The translations under genes were made by a program, and so were the position numbers. This document shows, one piece after another, positions 1 through 13,159 of a DNA stretch of 64,000 bases; positions within the stretch are counted from its first letter, which is position 1; each line of letters begins with the position of its first letter. Below the pieces are notes generated by a model. It saw only the letters and a program-made list of their open reading frames with translations, ran no database searches and was not told the origin of the DNA. Origin of the DNA: Macrostomum hystrix (Eukaryota; Animalia; Platyhelminthes); assembly GCA_950097015.1 (NCBI GenBank), contig CATNEN010000003.1, positions 682,001 through 746,000 of the forward strand. Reading direction: 5' to 3'.

Positions 1-544
1 ATTACTTTGCACGAGCCGTCACAATGGCACTGCATGGTTCACAATTTACTGAAATTGATGAACCTCTTGGGATAAAAGCCGTGCGCGATTAGGCAACATG
101 ATTTATGATCGACAGAACAAAATTAAGTATTGAGGGAGGTGGGTGTGCGATCTAAACAGAAGGATCAGAAAATATATTACTATATGTGCGCAACGGAGAG
201 GGGTGGGATGGATTGACGTAAAAATGTCCAGGGTGAGTCATCGAGAAGAGAAGTATAATTATCCAAAAAATATTATTAAATATTATTAAAAATATATAAA
301 AATATATAAATATATTAAACATTTTTTAATATTATTATTAACCCCCTAAAGTCGCCGATACATCATTTCGCTATACCACATATTTCTCAATCAAGAGCTT
401 GATCTGCCTTTGATGATAACGAAGCTACCGGTGCTATCGAACTATACAGCAGCTACAGCTTATATTGTGCCCCTGGATGCCATAACAATTCAACAAAAAT
501 ACTCGTACTCAGTACGAAAAATACGACAGTTTGTCGTCAAAAGG

Positions 545-1700
545 CATATGTTTCAAGGCCTGGGCGCGCACATCGGCAAGGCCTCCGGCAGTGTCCGGGG
601 CGCCAGCGTCGGCTAACAGGCAGTCGAGTTCGTGCCTGCCCCCGCCGAAGTGGCGGCCTGTAGCGTTATAGCAACAGCACCTCCTGCGCAGGCTGGGGGC
701 AGTACTCCTCGTCCCGGATCAGGTGGTCCGCCAGCTGTAGTCGCAGTAGGTTGCTTAGGTGGGTCAGGCCGGCGCGGCGATAAAGTGCCGCATTGGTGAT
801 GTGCGCATCAAGGCCGATTTTAAAGGCAGCACGCAGCATGCCGGCGTGCGCTGCATCGACTTGACACTCCAGCGCCTCCGTCAGGGTCCATGTCTCGGCG
901 TTGTAAAGCACGATGGTTTCGACCACCGCGTGGAACAGCGCCGCCTTTTGGCGGTCAGGTAGGGCCGCAGACTACACGATAACCCTCACAGAACGAATAG
1001 CTGCCCAGGCAAGCTCGGGGCGGCGCCGCAGATCGTCGCGGACGTCCGGCACCAGACCGTAGGTGACCGTAGTTCACCAGAGGTAGGTGAACTGCAGACT
1101 GCGCGGGATCAGTTCCGTCACCTGCCCGTCAGCGCTTGGCAGAAAATAATGACCTCGGTGTCACCCGGCACGCAGAGTACTGCGGTCTCTTGCGTGTTGA
1201 CCACGATGGGGCCGGAACGGGCTGTAACCGCGATAGCAGCATCCGGTTTAAGCAGCTTCGCTGAGCAGGACTGCAGGTAGATAACTCGGTGCTCTTCCAG
1301 CCATGCATGTGGTGCCCAGCTTTTCAGGAATGGCGATGATGTGCGCCATGGTCCACTACTTGTGTGCCGCCTCACCGACAAGCATACGTGCGATTCCGGA
1401 CGACCTCGTTGCCACGCAGTGGATCGAGCCGCAGCGCTTCGATGGGCACCTCATCCGGACCCAGCGCTTTGCCGCCCGATGACTTTTGGGCTAGCAGCAT
1501 TTTCTTTAATGACCGGTGCCATGCTAAAACTCTCTGTCGACGGTAACGGCGTCTTCGGCGGCAGTCTCATGTTCTCGGCAAGCGGGGATGGCGGTGCGTT
1601 GACAGCGGCGGCGAAGAACTCGCGCAGTTTGTTGCTGTGCTCCTCCGGAGAGTCGCCAGCCAAATTCAGGTGGCTTGAAAGCGCCATTTAAACAGCATGG
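545..1700 (-). mobile_element. Decayed non-LTR retrotransposon fragment (RTE-like, C-terminal part of RT ORF)
   Basis: ORF 666..926(-) VETIVLYNAETWTLTEALECQVDAAHAGMLRAAF...ITNAALYRR resembles the LxYxxETW...L+R...+N..+Y segment C-terminal to the RT in RTE-clade LINEs. GC-rich island broken by stops and frameshifts; boundaries approximate. Confidence 0.7.
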
Positions 1701-2939
1701 CTGCCATGATTCGAAATCAATAGGATACACGCGACTCCTATTTATAGTCGCAGGCATTTCTATAATGTAACTGTCACATTACTAGCTGCATGCATTTCTT
1801 TGTGGGCCGAGTGCAGGCAGCGGTAGTCCCATGGACCATCTGCTCGGGCAGGTTTATTACGACATGCATAATATCCTGATTTAATTCTAGGAGTAGTTTA
1901 ATTTAATTTAATTTAACTCGTCGGACCACAACGTCTCGCCAGACGCCGAGATCCTTTAGAACATACAAAAAGCGCAGTATGTTTGTAGATCTTTTGTGAA
2001 GTGATTTTTTGTATTTGTTCATTCGATTCGGCAGTGGCAGTTTGTGCGCGGTTTCTGGTATTTACTCGCCGGATTCTCGGATTCAATTTTACCGTGCAGG
2101 AGGAATTACATTAGTAGAATGCGGCACTTTTGTGGTGGCAGTTAAGTGAAATCATCATCCATCAATATAAATGTTATATATTCCGGGTTTTAATGAGTAC
2201 AACGAAGCTCGTTGTACTCTTAAAATTTGAAGTTGCTAAGAATCCATAAACAGAAAGGAACAGTTACCTTTTTACATTCTTACGTTTATGTATGCAAAGA
2301 AGTATTTTTCATGTCTTGAAATTAGAAATCTTACCCAAGTACTAGTTCTAAATTGTCAAAAAGTTAGTAATTTTTATTACTATCACTGTCATAACAAAGT
2401 AGTTTAGTAACGCTCAATGACATGGTGTAGCAATGGTATAGTGCAAAACAGTGTTCGTGAATTAACTACAAAGTTCTTGCAGTAATGAAATTGATGCTTG
2501 ATTTCGATAATTTTTTCTTTGACACTTAACTTTCACAAATCACATGAACGATTATTGTCAATTAGCTAAAAATTAATTTGCCCGGCTTAAAGTTAAAGTA
2601 AGGAAAAGTTTTGTAGACCATAACTTAGTTCAAATTACCGAAATGTTGAAATCTTGGTTGACCTAATAACAACAAAAATGTCTAGTTAATAATTATTTAT
2701 CATTTTAGACATGAAATATGATGGTTATGTAAGCAAGCTTCATATGCAAGCTAGCTAGCTAGGTAGTTGTCCAGCATGACCCGTTTTTGCTGTAGCTAGC
2801 TGCCTAGCCATATAAAATAGTTAGATATAACAAATAACTTATATTCATTTAATTAACAAACATTTCATTTTCATGTTTTATATTCCTAATTTTGGATAGG
2901 TCTATGGCATTACTCAATTCCACATTATAGTTGTACTTG

Positions 2940-3143
2940 TACCCTATTGGAATAAATGTCAAAAACCTGCGGACACACAACACTGGAGTAAAAAATGTGG
3001 CTTAAAAGCGCAACGAGACATGCCATGCCACGTGCCGCATGCTGCTATGCGGCGCAATGCCCTATGACGCGACATGATACCAAAAAAGTCTGAAAATGTG
3101 ACAGACAGTTAGACACAAATTGTCAGCTTATTCCAATAGGGTA
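2940..3143. mobile_element. Putative ~200-bp MITE
   Basis: Perfect inverted repeat TACCCTATTGGAATAA (2940-2955) / TTATTCCAATAGGGTA (3128-3143); the outer TA could be the target-site duplication. No coding capacity. Confidence 0.55.
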
Positions 3144-3877
3144 GTTGTAGTGATATTGTTAATTAAACTATTTTTCTAATTCTTAGAATAGTAGGCCTAT
3201 TTGTATTTTCTTCATTGACAATTCGAGTGATAAAGGACTAGGCAAATATAGAAGAGCCTCAGCCTAGATTGCAGATTGATTTCACAATTTCACAGTTTTT
3301 GCCAATTTAATTATCAATACTCAATAGCATTTTTGCTAAATTTGTTGTCTCAAAAAACTTTACTTTTTGGTTCTACTAAAAATTCATGCAATTACTTTAT
3401 ATATTAAGCCAAGGTATTCAATAGGCAGGAAAGTGGCACAGTGTGTGCTGAAACTAATTTTCATGGGTCAAAACATGTGCCAACTCTGTGCTATGTATTG
3501 TTTTTTATCAATTTGTTTTCATTCTGCAAGTTTTTAATCACCTTTTTAGATTGTCTGCCACATCAATTTCTTGTCTAATGTAGGGACAGCACTACTTAAA
3601 GTAGTTAATAGGTAAAGAATGGTAGAAATGTAGTTAACAGGGGCAGATAGCAAGATTGAGATATGACTAATATGATTGATTAATATGTTTTATTGGTTTG
3701 TCTTACAATGAATTACAATGTTTATGTATTTCTTTTAGGAGTATTTTATTAGGGAAAGATATTTTGGCAAGTAGAGAAAATGCAAGGAAGAAATGCAAGA
3801 AGGGGTACTCCCAACTTTGTCAAAAATAAAACGTACTTAAAATTGAATATTTAAATATGTTTTTTAAATTTATATAT

Positions 3878-3910
<33 letters not shown>

Positions 3911-4101
3911 AATTTAAAAATTAAAATTATATTTAATAAAAATTAAAGTCAAGAGTAGACAAACAGGGATGTATAAACACAATAATTTTTGTTTAATAGG
4001 GCAAAAATTGACAACAGAAATGTGATTGACATTGATGCTTTTTAGCAGCACATTTTTGTTCACGCATAGTATGCCAACTAACTTTTGCAGCAGGCAGGCA
4101 A

Positions 4102-5108
4102 ATGGCCAGTCCTGGACCTGGTGGGACATTGATTCGTCAGGCAGTGAAACAGGCAAAGCCAGTGCTGTCAGCTACAAGCGAAGATGCGCGCAGGCGTGTA
4201 CTGAACCTGTACCGCGCCTGGTACCGCCAACTGCCCTATGTTATTCGCGAATACGATGTGCCCCTGACCATACCCATGTGTCGCAGGAAACTGCGCGAGA
4301 ACTTTGAAAAGTATCGACAAGTAAACGATATTCGCGTCATTGATCTATTGGTTGCTAAGGTAATCTATTAAAAAAATTTGTCTATTGCTGAATTGATTAT
4401 CTAGGATTAGGCAGACTGCAGACTCAAAGCTATAAAGACCCATGTATCAGTATCAGTATGTAGATTGCAGTATGGAATCACGGAGGATTGGGTAGATTGC
4501 AGTATGGAATCACGGAGGATTGGGTAGATTGCAGTATGGAATCACTGAGGATTGGGTAGATTGCAGTATGGAATCACTGAGGATTGGGTAGATTGCCGTA
4601 TGGAATCACTGAGGATTGGGTAGATTGCAGTATGGAATCACGGAGGATTGGGTAGATTGCAGTATGGAATCACTGAGGATTGGGTAGATTGCAGTATGGA
4701 ATCACGGAGGATTGGGTAGATTGCAGTATGGAATCACGGAGGATTGGGTAGATTGCATTATGGAATCACAGAGGATTGGGTAGATTGCATTATGGAATCA
4801 CGGAGGATTGGGTAGATTGCATTATGGAATCACGGAGGATTGCATTATGGAATCACGGAGGATTGGGTAGATTGCATTATGGAATCACGGAGGATTGGGT
4901 AGATTGCAATTCTACCACAAGGAAATAAAAACAAAGTATTCTTTCTGGGGTGATTAATCACTGACTCGCTCTACAGGGTCAAATGGAGCTGGTGGAAATC
5001 GCTCATATGTGGAAGCAGAAGACCCACGTGATGGACTACTTCAAGCAGACGGTTAATAAGAAGCCGACAGATTTTCTTGGAAAATTTTTCGACGGCAAGG
5101 AAATTTGA
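4102..5108 (+). CDS. NDUFA6: NADH dehydrogenase (ubiquinone) 1 alpha subcomplex subunit 6 (LYR-motif protein), 2 exons, 129 aa
   Basis: Exons 4102-4359 and 4977-5108 (AAG|gtaatc ... ctacag|GGT, phase 0). Translation has ARRRVLNLYRAWYR (LYR motif), DIRVIDLLVAKGQMELVE...WKQKTHVMDYF...KPTDFLGKFFDG, matching NDUFA6. AATAAA at 5373-5378. Confidence 0.95.
4461..4907. repeat. Intronic minisatellite, 32-33-bp unit TAGATTGCAGTATGGAATCACGGAGGATTGGG
   Basis: About 14 near-identical tandem units in the NDUFA6 intron. Confidence 0.95.
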
Positions 5109-5556
5109 AGATCATTGCTTCTATCTAGACTGGCTTTCGCTGATAATTTTGCCTATTTAGCTCATGTAGTCTAGCTGACAATTATATTTGCGAAACTGTA
5201 GAATTACAGAAATCTAAAGATTTGTTACCATCCAACTAGGCTATGTTCTTCGTGTCTGTTGCTTTTGAAAACTCAGAACGTCATATGTAGCTATAGTTAC
5301 GGAAGGCAAGTAAGTGCACATGATAAGTAAGCTGTCCATTTGCTAGCCATGTAGTTTATTGTTTAAAATTGAAATAAAAGTGCGACTTCAGGATAAAACA
5401 ACCCCCGTGTTTCATTTCCCGATTATTGCATAATCGCAACTTGTTTGCATACATTTTTCTTCTGTACAGCTTTTTAAGATTCTAAGATCTAGCTTTCGAA
5501 TCCTGAATCATTAATTTAAAACAAAATTTTAATCGTATATCTTTGTTTTAATATAA

Positions 5557-5765
5557 CTTTCCTATCATCGATCTTCATTTTAATGCAATTTTTCTATCCT
5601 TGATCTTCATTTTAATACAACTTTCCTATCATTGATCTTCATTTTAATGCAACTTTGCTATCCTGGATGTTCATTTAATACAAGTTTCCTATCCTTGATC
5701 TTCATTTTAATACAACTTTCCTATCATTGATCTTTATTTTAGTACAATTTTCCTTTCCTTGACTG
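5557..5765. repeat. Degenerate T-rich ~32-bp tandem repeat between NDUFA6 and TEX2
   Basis: About 6 copies of CTTTCCTATCATTGATCTTCATTTTAATACAA-like units. Confidence 0.75.
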
Positions 5766-5896
5766 TAATTTCATTGCAACTTAATCTGTACTGTTAGTTG
5801 TATTTTTTGTTAGCTGATATTAATTGAATCCTGCAAACATCTATTACAGTCTCCAATAAGTTATTCGTGTCTACTACAAGTAGTGTAAATAGCCTG

Positions 5897-8800
5897 ATGG
5901 ATAATCGTCGGAAAGCATCCAGCGGAGGCGGCAGTTTGAGCAGCCAGACAACGTTTAAATTCTCGGCGTTAAGACACACCGGCGATGAAGACGAATTGGA
6001 TTATTCGCCATCTTCCTCGCCGCCAAAACCGTCGTCTGCGTCGACGGCGACACAAAGTCTGGCTGGCAATCTGTCAGCTGACTCCGCAGCTGGCTCATTT
6101 GAGGACTTTTTGAATGCGGTACCAAAGCCGCAGGTTAGGCATAGACCTCCCAGTGCGTTTGCTAGGCAACCTGGGGCGACTGCTGCTGCTGCTGCTACTG
6201 TTGTTGCCACATCGCTGCCTCCTGCACCTCCTTCACCACCGCCACCGCCGCCACCGCTGCCGCCGCAGCAGCCATTGCCCTCCGTTTCTGTTTCAGCTCC
6301 GGCAAAGATTGGCACCACCGCTTCTGCTCAGCCTCTCAGTGGAGCAACGAATGGCGATCCGGCTGACGCTGATGTTGAAGAGAATGTTCAACATTCCGAT
6401 ATTGATGACGAGGTGCTTTTGAATTTTCAAGAAAAAATATGCTAAGAATGTTTGTACATCTCGCCCAACTAGTGCTAAGTAATGGCAGACATTACTCCTA
6501 AAACTATTCACTTAATTTCATGTCTTGTTCTCATAATCGCAATAGATTTTTAAGCAACTAACAAAACGTTGCCATTATTTTTCCTAAACCCAAATCCTAT
6601 CCTAAAGTATACTCTAAATCCTCCCAAATGCAGACTTATATCCTATTTTAAAGCTAACATTCATATCCCATCTTGAATCCCTCATTCGTAACTTATCCCA
6701 AATCCCACCTGAAATCGCAGGACGCCAATCCGCAAGCGATATCCTCGTCGCCCAGCCCCAGCCAGTCCGCCCAGACAGTGCCTTGGCCATTCGGCGGTGA
6801 GCAAGATCACCAAACAGCAGAGTCGGGCAGTCGCAACCAGCCTCGCATTATTCGCACGGACGCCCAACCGCCAAATCCTCTGACTAGGAAATTTTCCCTA
6901 TTATTCACATTGCTAGTGGCCGCACTATCGATAGTGCTAGTGAGTCCACTGCCCCTGCCTGACCTTGCCAAAGGCCTCGTGATTGGCTGCTCATTAGCCT
7001 GCTGCGCTCTGGTCTATTTCTATCTGGAATTCTTAGCCAATAGGCCTGTGATAGTGCACTACACTGGGGTAAAGTACTGCCGCAATCCAAGAGCCAGTGT
7101 ACTGACCGCTGCTATCGGCGCCACGGCTCCGTCGGCCAGACGCGGCACTGGCGGCGCTCAGCCACAGTTGGATGGCTTCCTGAACGAATGCTGGACCTAC
7201 GATGTAGAGAAGCACCATCTAAATCACACTTTCACAGTCTACGCCAGTCTGGACGGTCGTCAATTGACTCTCCGCCGGCCGCAGCAGGCAGTTCCAAAGC
7301 GGGTGCTGTTCTCAGATGAGTCGCCTAGCCTGGACTCGTTGACTTTCTCCGATACGCGCCAGTTCGATTTGGCCAACGCTAAATTGCGTCTTAAACCCGA
7401 GGGTCTGGTTAGAAAGCGGCTTTGGTCGAAGAAATATCCCATCCATGTAGTTTTGGCTGCTCCTGCATCAACTGTCAAACACGCCCCTTCATCAGCCTCT
7501 TCGGCGTCCGCTTTGAAATTCGAAGAGATTAACGCTAGCGATTGTGTACAGCGCGAATTGTTTATATTTGCGCGTACCTCTAGGGAGAAGGAGCTTTGGT
7601 ACAGGCGATTGTACGCCGCATGCAATGGCTTGCCTCAGCCTGAGGCTCTCTATCGATCGTCTGTTGACGTTAATAGTAGCGGTCGATCCAATCTGTCGTG
7701 TTTCGGCGATCAGGTAATGCGAACATTATTAACTCAACTGTCTTTGGATTACCCCTTTGAGGAATTCCCCTCAATAGAATCTCTCTTTTAGTGGAATTCC
7801 CCACAATGGAATCTCTTTTTCAGTGGGATTCCCCTTAATGGATTCTCTTTTAGTGGGATTCCCCTCAATGGAATTTCTCTTTCAGTGGGATTCCCATTAT
7901 TGGAATCTCTCTTTCAGTGGAACTCCCCTCAATGAAATCATTCTTTCAGTGGAATTCCCTTTATTGGAATCTCTCTTTCAGTGGGATTTCCCTCCATGGA
8001 ATCTCTCTTTCAGTGGAATTCCCTTTATTGGAATCTCTCTTTCAGTGGGATTTCCCTCCATGGAATCTCTCTTTCAGTGGAATTCCCCTCGATGAAATGT
8101 CTCTTTCATTGGAATTCCCCTCAATGAAATCTCTCTTTCATTGGAATTCCCCACAATGGAATATCTCTTTCAGTGGAATTCCCCTTAATGGAATTTCTCT
8201 TTCAGTGGAATTCCCATTATTGTAATCTCTCTCACAGTGGAATTCCCCTAACTGGAATTTCTCATTCAGTGGAATTCGTCTCTTTATTCGATCGAATGAC
8301 TGCTATGTGGATTCCTCCTGTGTCTTTTTCGTAAATTAACAGCCCCCTAAATTTCAACCCCTCAACGCGCACTCGGTCATTTGAATTTCACCTGTGCACC
8401 TTTGAAAAAATCCAGGCCAAGCGTTACGCTGAGTACGCCGCTGCGTTCACCAGATTCGCCGACATCTCCGACGTCCAATTAGGCAGCGCCGACAAGCCGG
8501 AGTTAAACTTTCTCAACGCCCTGCTGCAGCGCTCGACCTGGGACGTGTTCCGCACGCCTTATTGGGCCGACCTAATCAAAGCCAAGATGGACGCCAGGCT
8601 GAAGAAAATTCGCCTACCGTACTTTATCGAAGAGCTCAGCGTAGCCGACGTGAACGTTGGTAGTGCCCTCCCGGTGCTGCGTAGGCTGCACAAGCCGCAC
8701 ATCAACGATAGGGGCATCTGGTTCCACCTGGACATTGACTATCCCGGAGGCTGCTCCGCCAGCCTCGTCACTCGGATCAACCTGACTAGACTGCAGGAAC

Positions 8801-10355
8801 GCGGTGGAGCTCAGGCCGCCACCGCTGCTGCTGCTGCTGCTGCTGCCTCTGCTGCGGCTGCTGCTGCTCAAGAAGAGGCGGTCGCTTCTGCCAGGTATGT
8901 ATGTCTACCTGCTTCTGTCTACATGTCCCTGTGTGATGTGTCTTTGTTTCTGTCCGAGTGTCTTTGTTTCGGTCTACCTGTCCGAGTCTGTAGTGTCTTT
9001 TTTTCTGTCTACCTGTCCGAGTCTGTAGTGTCTTTGTTTCGGTCTACCTGTCCGAGTCTGTAGTGCCTTTGTTTCTCTCTACCTGGCTGTGAAAGGCGTG
9101 TGTTAATTGATTCTATCTACCTCGCCTGCATGTGTTCGCATGATGCGTATTTTGCGTTTGTGACCTAATTTACCTGCCTGCCCCATTCTCCCCAGATGTG
9201 TGGTGTCCTCCGCGTCCGCCGATTCCATCTCTGGCATGGCCGGCGGTCATTGTCCGTTCTCCGACTCCACGCCGCAGCGGCTGGCTGCCACCAACTCTGA
9301 GCTGGAAGACTCCGGCGAGTCCACCACGGACGAGTCGGGCGGCCAGAGCGAGGCAGACTCCGACGGAGACGACCCGGCGCTTGGCAACGTCGGCGGCAAG
9401 CATTCGCGCAAGGTCATCAAGTTCATTGACAAGGTGGCCCAATCTGAGAAGTTTCACAACCTGCTGGGTGAGTTCTGCTGGGCTTGATAGGGTGTGGGAA
9501 TCAGTGTGGGTTGGGTGTAGGAATCAGTGTTGGTTGGGTGTGGGAATCAGTGTGGGTTGGGTGTGGGAATCAGTGTGGGGTTGGGTGTGGGAATCAGTGT
9601 GGGGTTGGGTGTGGGAATCAGTGTGGGTTGGGTGTAGGAATCAGTGTGGGTTGGGTGTGGGAATCAGTGTGGGTTGGGTGTGGGAATCAGTGTGGGTTGG
9701 GTGTGGGAATCAGTGTGGGTTGGGTGTGGGAATCAGTGTGGGGTTGGGTGTGGGAATCAGTGTGGGTTGGGTGTGGGAATCAGTGTGGGGTTGGGTGTGG
9801 GAATCAGTGTGGGGTTGGGTGTGGGAATCAGTGTGGGTTGGGTGTGGGAATCAGTGTGGGGTTGGGTGTGGGAATCAGTGTGGGGTTGGGTGTGGGAATC
9901 AGTGTGGAGTTGGTTTACAAAAGCTTGTTCTGCTTGTTGCAGGCAAGTACAAGTTCCTTCGCAAAGCGGTTGACTCAGTCAGCAACACCAAGATACTACT
10001 GTCAGTAGACGTGCACTCTCTCCGCGGCACCCTAGTGCTGAACATGCCGTTCCCGCCGTCCGATCGAGTGTGGGTTGCCTTCCACCCCACGCCGCAGCTG
10101 GTGCTGACCTCGCGTCCCAAAATTGGCGAGAAGGAATTCAACGCCAGGAAAATCTCCGACCTGATTTCTAAGAAACTCGTTGCTGAATTCCACCGAGTGT
10201 TCGTGCTGCCCAACATGGAGGATCTCTACCTGCCTACTTTGAACTCGGACGAGGCCTTGCTGGCATCGTCGCCTCCAATCAGCGGGCTGAAATCTGCCTC
10301 GTTATCTGGCCTGACTGCGGGATTTCAGCCCAGCGCCAGCTCAATGAGCCTCTGA
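5897..10355 (+). CDS. TEX2: Testis-expressed protein 2 homologue (TM hairpin + PH-like + SMP lipid-transfer domain), 5 exons
   Basis: Exons 5897-6412, 6721-7713, 8416-8894, 9196-9467 and 9943-10355 join in frame with GT-AG. Motifs LKPEGLVRKRLWSKKYPI, LFIFARTSREKELWYRRL, FLNALLQR..WD...YWADLIKAKMDARLKKIRLPYFIEEL, GTLVLNMPFPPSDRVWVAF and RVFVLPNMEDL are typical of TEX2/Nvj2. The start codon and first donor (gtgctt) are less certain. Confidence 0.9.
7745..8275. repeat. Intronic minisatellite, ~32-bp unit GGAATCTCTCTTTCAGTGGAATTCCCCTCAAT
   Basis: Tandem degenerate units in TEX2 intron 2. Confidence 0.9.
9490..9908. repeat. G-rich intronic minisatellite, 23-24-bp unit GGGTGTGGGAATCAGTGTGGG(G)TT
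   Basis: About 18 tandem units fill almost all of TEX2 intron 4. Confidence 0.95.
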
Positions 10356-10534
10356 GCTGCTTGCTGGCACTGGCTAGCATGAGATGACCTTTCACCGGTG
10401 TGGCTTGGGTAATTGCTGTGACTGCTTTTGTTAGCACACTCCTGCCTGCAGAGCTCCTGACCGCTTCAAACACATCTTCTCAGTTTTCCGTATGATCTCT
10501 TGCACTGTTTAATCTCTCCCTTTTATTTGTCACA

Positions 10535-11392
10535 TGTCTAATTTCTCCGTCTCATCTCTACCTGTCTTGTATCTCCTTATGTCTTATCTCTCCCCTGTCT
10601 TATGTCTCCCCTGTCTCATATCTCCCGTGTCTCATCTCTCCCTGTCTCATCTCTCCCTGTCTCATCTCTCCCTGTCTCATCTCTCCCTGTCTTGTATCTC
10701 CTTATGTCTTATCTCTTCCCTGTCTTGTATCTCCTTATGTCTCATCTCTTCCCTGTCTTATCTCTCCCCTGTCTCATATCTCCTTATGTCTCATCTCTTC
10801 CCTGTCTTGTATCTCCTTATGTCTCATCTCTTCCCTGTCTTATCTCTCCCCTGTCTCATATCTCCTTATGTCTCATCTCTTCCCTGTCTCATCTCTCCCC
10901 TGTCTCATATCTCCTTATGTCTCATCTCTTCCCTGTCTCATCTCTCCCCTGTCTCATCTCTCCCCTGTCTTATCTCTACCCTGTCTTATCTCTCCCCTGT
11001 CTCATATCTCCCCAGTCTCATCTCTCCCTGTCTCATCTCTCCCTGTCTTGTATCTCCTTATGTCTCATCTCTTCCCTGTCTTGTATCTCCTTATGTCTCA
11101 TCTCTTCCCTGTCTCATCTCTTCCCTGTCTCATCTCTCCCCTGTCTCATATCTCCTTATGTCTCATCTCTTCCCTGTCTCATCTCTCCCCTGTCTCATAT
11201 CTCCTTATGTCTCATCTCTTCCCCGTCTTATCTCTCCCCTGTCTCATATCTCCTTATGTCTCATCTCTTCCCTGTCTCATCTCTCCCCTGTCTCATATCT
11301 CCTTATGTCTCATCTCTTCCCTGTCTTGTATCTCCTTATGTCTCATCTCTTCCCTGTCTTATCTCTCCCCTGTCTCATATCTCCCATGTCCT
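10535..11392. repeat. Pyrimidine-rich 15-16-bp satellite (TCTCATCTCTCCCTG family) downstream of TEX2
   Basis: Long array with interleaved unit variants; same motif family as 28430-28870, 43800-44030 and the hAT MITE interiors. Confidence 0.95.
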
Positions 11393-12432
11393 GTATTATA
11401 TTCCCTCTTGCCCACTCGGCCTAAAAGTGTTCAGATCCGTGTTTAATGGCTGACTGAACGACTTTGATTTGCTATTAAAGTTTTTTACATTTCAAACAGT
11501 TCTTCGCAATGAGATTCTGTGTTCTTCATCAAGACAGGCACAAGAAAGCATTGTACGCAATTCTGCTGCTTTTTTCTATACAAAAATTATTCTGTGTTAT
11601 TATCTCTGGTGCCAATGCATCCTTTTTTGTTTTTTTTCTAAAAAACATATGCAATCTATTCTATTTCAAGATTATCCCTACAAATTATCGAGCTCAAATC
11701 GCGACTAGCAGTACTAATATAATAACGTGTCTTTTTGTTAATAACTTTGCTGTTTAATAATTCTCTATACTAGTATGCTAACACTAAAAAAAGCAATGAC
11801 CCTGCTCTCGCTACTCAACGAAACTGTCAGTACCTAGGGTCGTATGGGTTGGAAACTGGCAAATTTTTCACAGTTTAGACACGTATGGACCAGCTCTGAC
11901 TGCGGTAGGTAACAATAAAAATTTATTTGAGTTAAACTCGTCTTTCTCTAGATTTTCTGAGCATGTTCCAAACCCTCTCCCAACTATTCACATAGCTTTT
12001 GTATAGTCTGGCATATTGATTTATTCAGAAACTTTTTTCCTCATTTTTGCTTTATTCATCCTGGCTGTTTAACCTGTCTGTGTTGATTTTTTTCTTTCAT
12101 TGGCTATTTCAAAATTGTCACTTCCATTATCCGCTTTGCGGCTCAATGTGAATTTCTATTTGATAATTATTAGATAGATGACCTGATTTCCCATTGTGAA
12201 TTTCACTAAGCATTGTTATTGTATGTCTCACTTGTGTAACCTAGGTGTCAGCTTATCCGTGCAAATCACAGTTCCTCATTATTAACTAATCTAACATTCT
12301 TTAAATCACTTTCACTCGCGTTTTTTCTGCGTCTTTAGAATACCCTGGGATTAAAACAAATCAGCACACTTTTCATTCCTTTTGTCTGCTCAAACTGTCT
12401 GCTTTTTGTTCGTTTTTTACTGATAGCTTATA

Positions 12433-13065
12433 TAGCTCATAATCAGCAATGACTGGGCTGAGAGTTTAGCTCATAATCAGCAATGACTGGGCTGAGAGTT
12501 TAGCTCATAATCAGCAATGACTGGGCTGAGAGTTTAGCTCATAATCAACAATGACTGGGCTGAGAGTTTAGCTCATAATCAGCAATGACTGTGTTGAGAG
12601 TTTAGCTCATAATCAACAATGACTGGGCTGAAAGTTTAGCTCATAATCAGCAATGACTGGGTCGAGAGTTTAGCTCATAATCAGCTATGACTAAGTTGAG
12701 AGTTAAGCTCATAAAGTAGATAATCAACAATGACTGGGCTGAGAGTTTAGCTCATAATCAGCAATGACTGGGCAGAGAGTTTAGCTCGTAATCAGCAATG
12801 ACTGGGCAGAGAGTTTAGCTCATAATCAGCAATGACTGGGCTGAGAGTTTAGCTCATAATCAGCAATGACTGGGCTGAGAGTTTAGCTCATAATCAGCAA
12901 TGACTGGGCAGAGAGTTTAGCTCATAATCAGCAATGACTGGGCAGAGAGTTTAGCTCATAATCAACAATGACTGGGCTGAGAGTTTAGCTCATTATCAGC
13001 AATGACTGGGCAGAGAGTTTAGCTCATAATCAGCAATGACTGGGCTGAGAGTTTAGCTCATTATC
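12433..13065. repeat. Minisatellite, 34-bp unit TAGCTCATAATCAGCAATGACTGGGCTGAGAGTT
   Basis: About 18 near-identical tandem units just upstream of the RASSF exon. Confidence 0.95.
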
Positions 13066-13159
13066 ATTTTTTTCCATCACCTGTTCGCGATTTTCAGCCC
13101 ATCATGTCATCTTTCCTGTGATTCAGCCTTTAAATTATCCCGGGAAGCATCAAAGAATC

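Noticed and set aside
10534-11453. Long ORFs over minisatellites (also 9484-10008, 13471-14187, 15242-15706, 28321-28839, 45805-47843, 59111-59722)
   Set aside because: Stop-free frames arise from repeat units; they lie in introns or intergenic arrays and translate to periodic nonsense.
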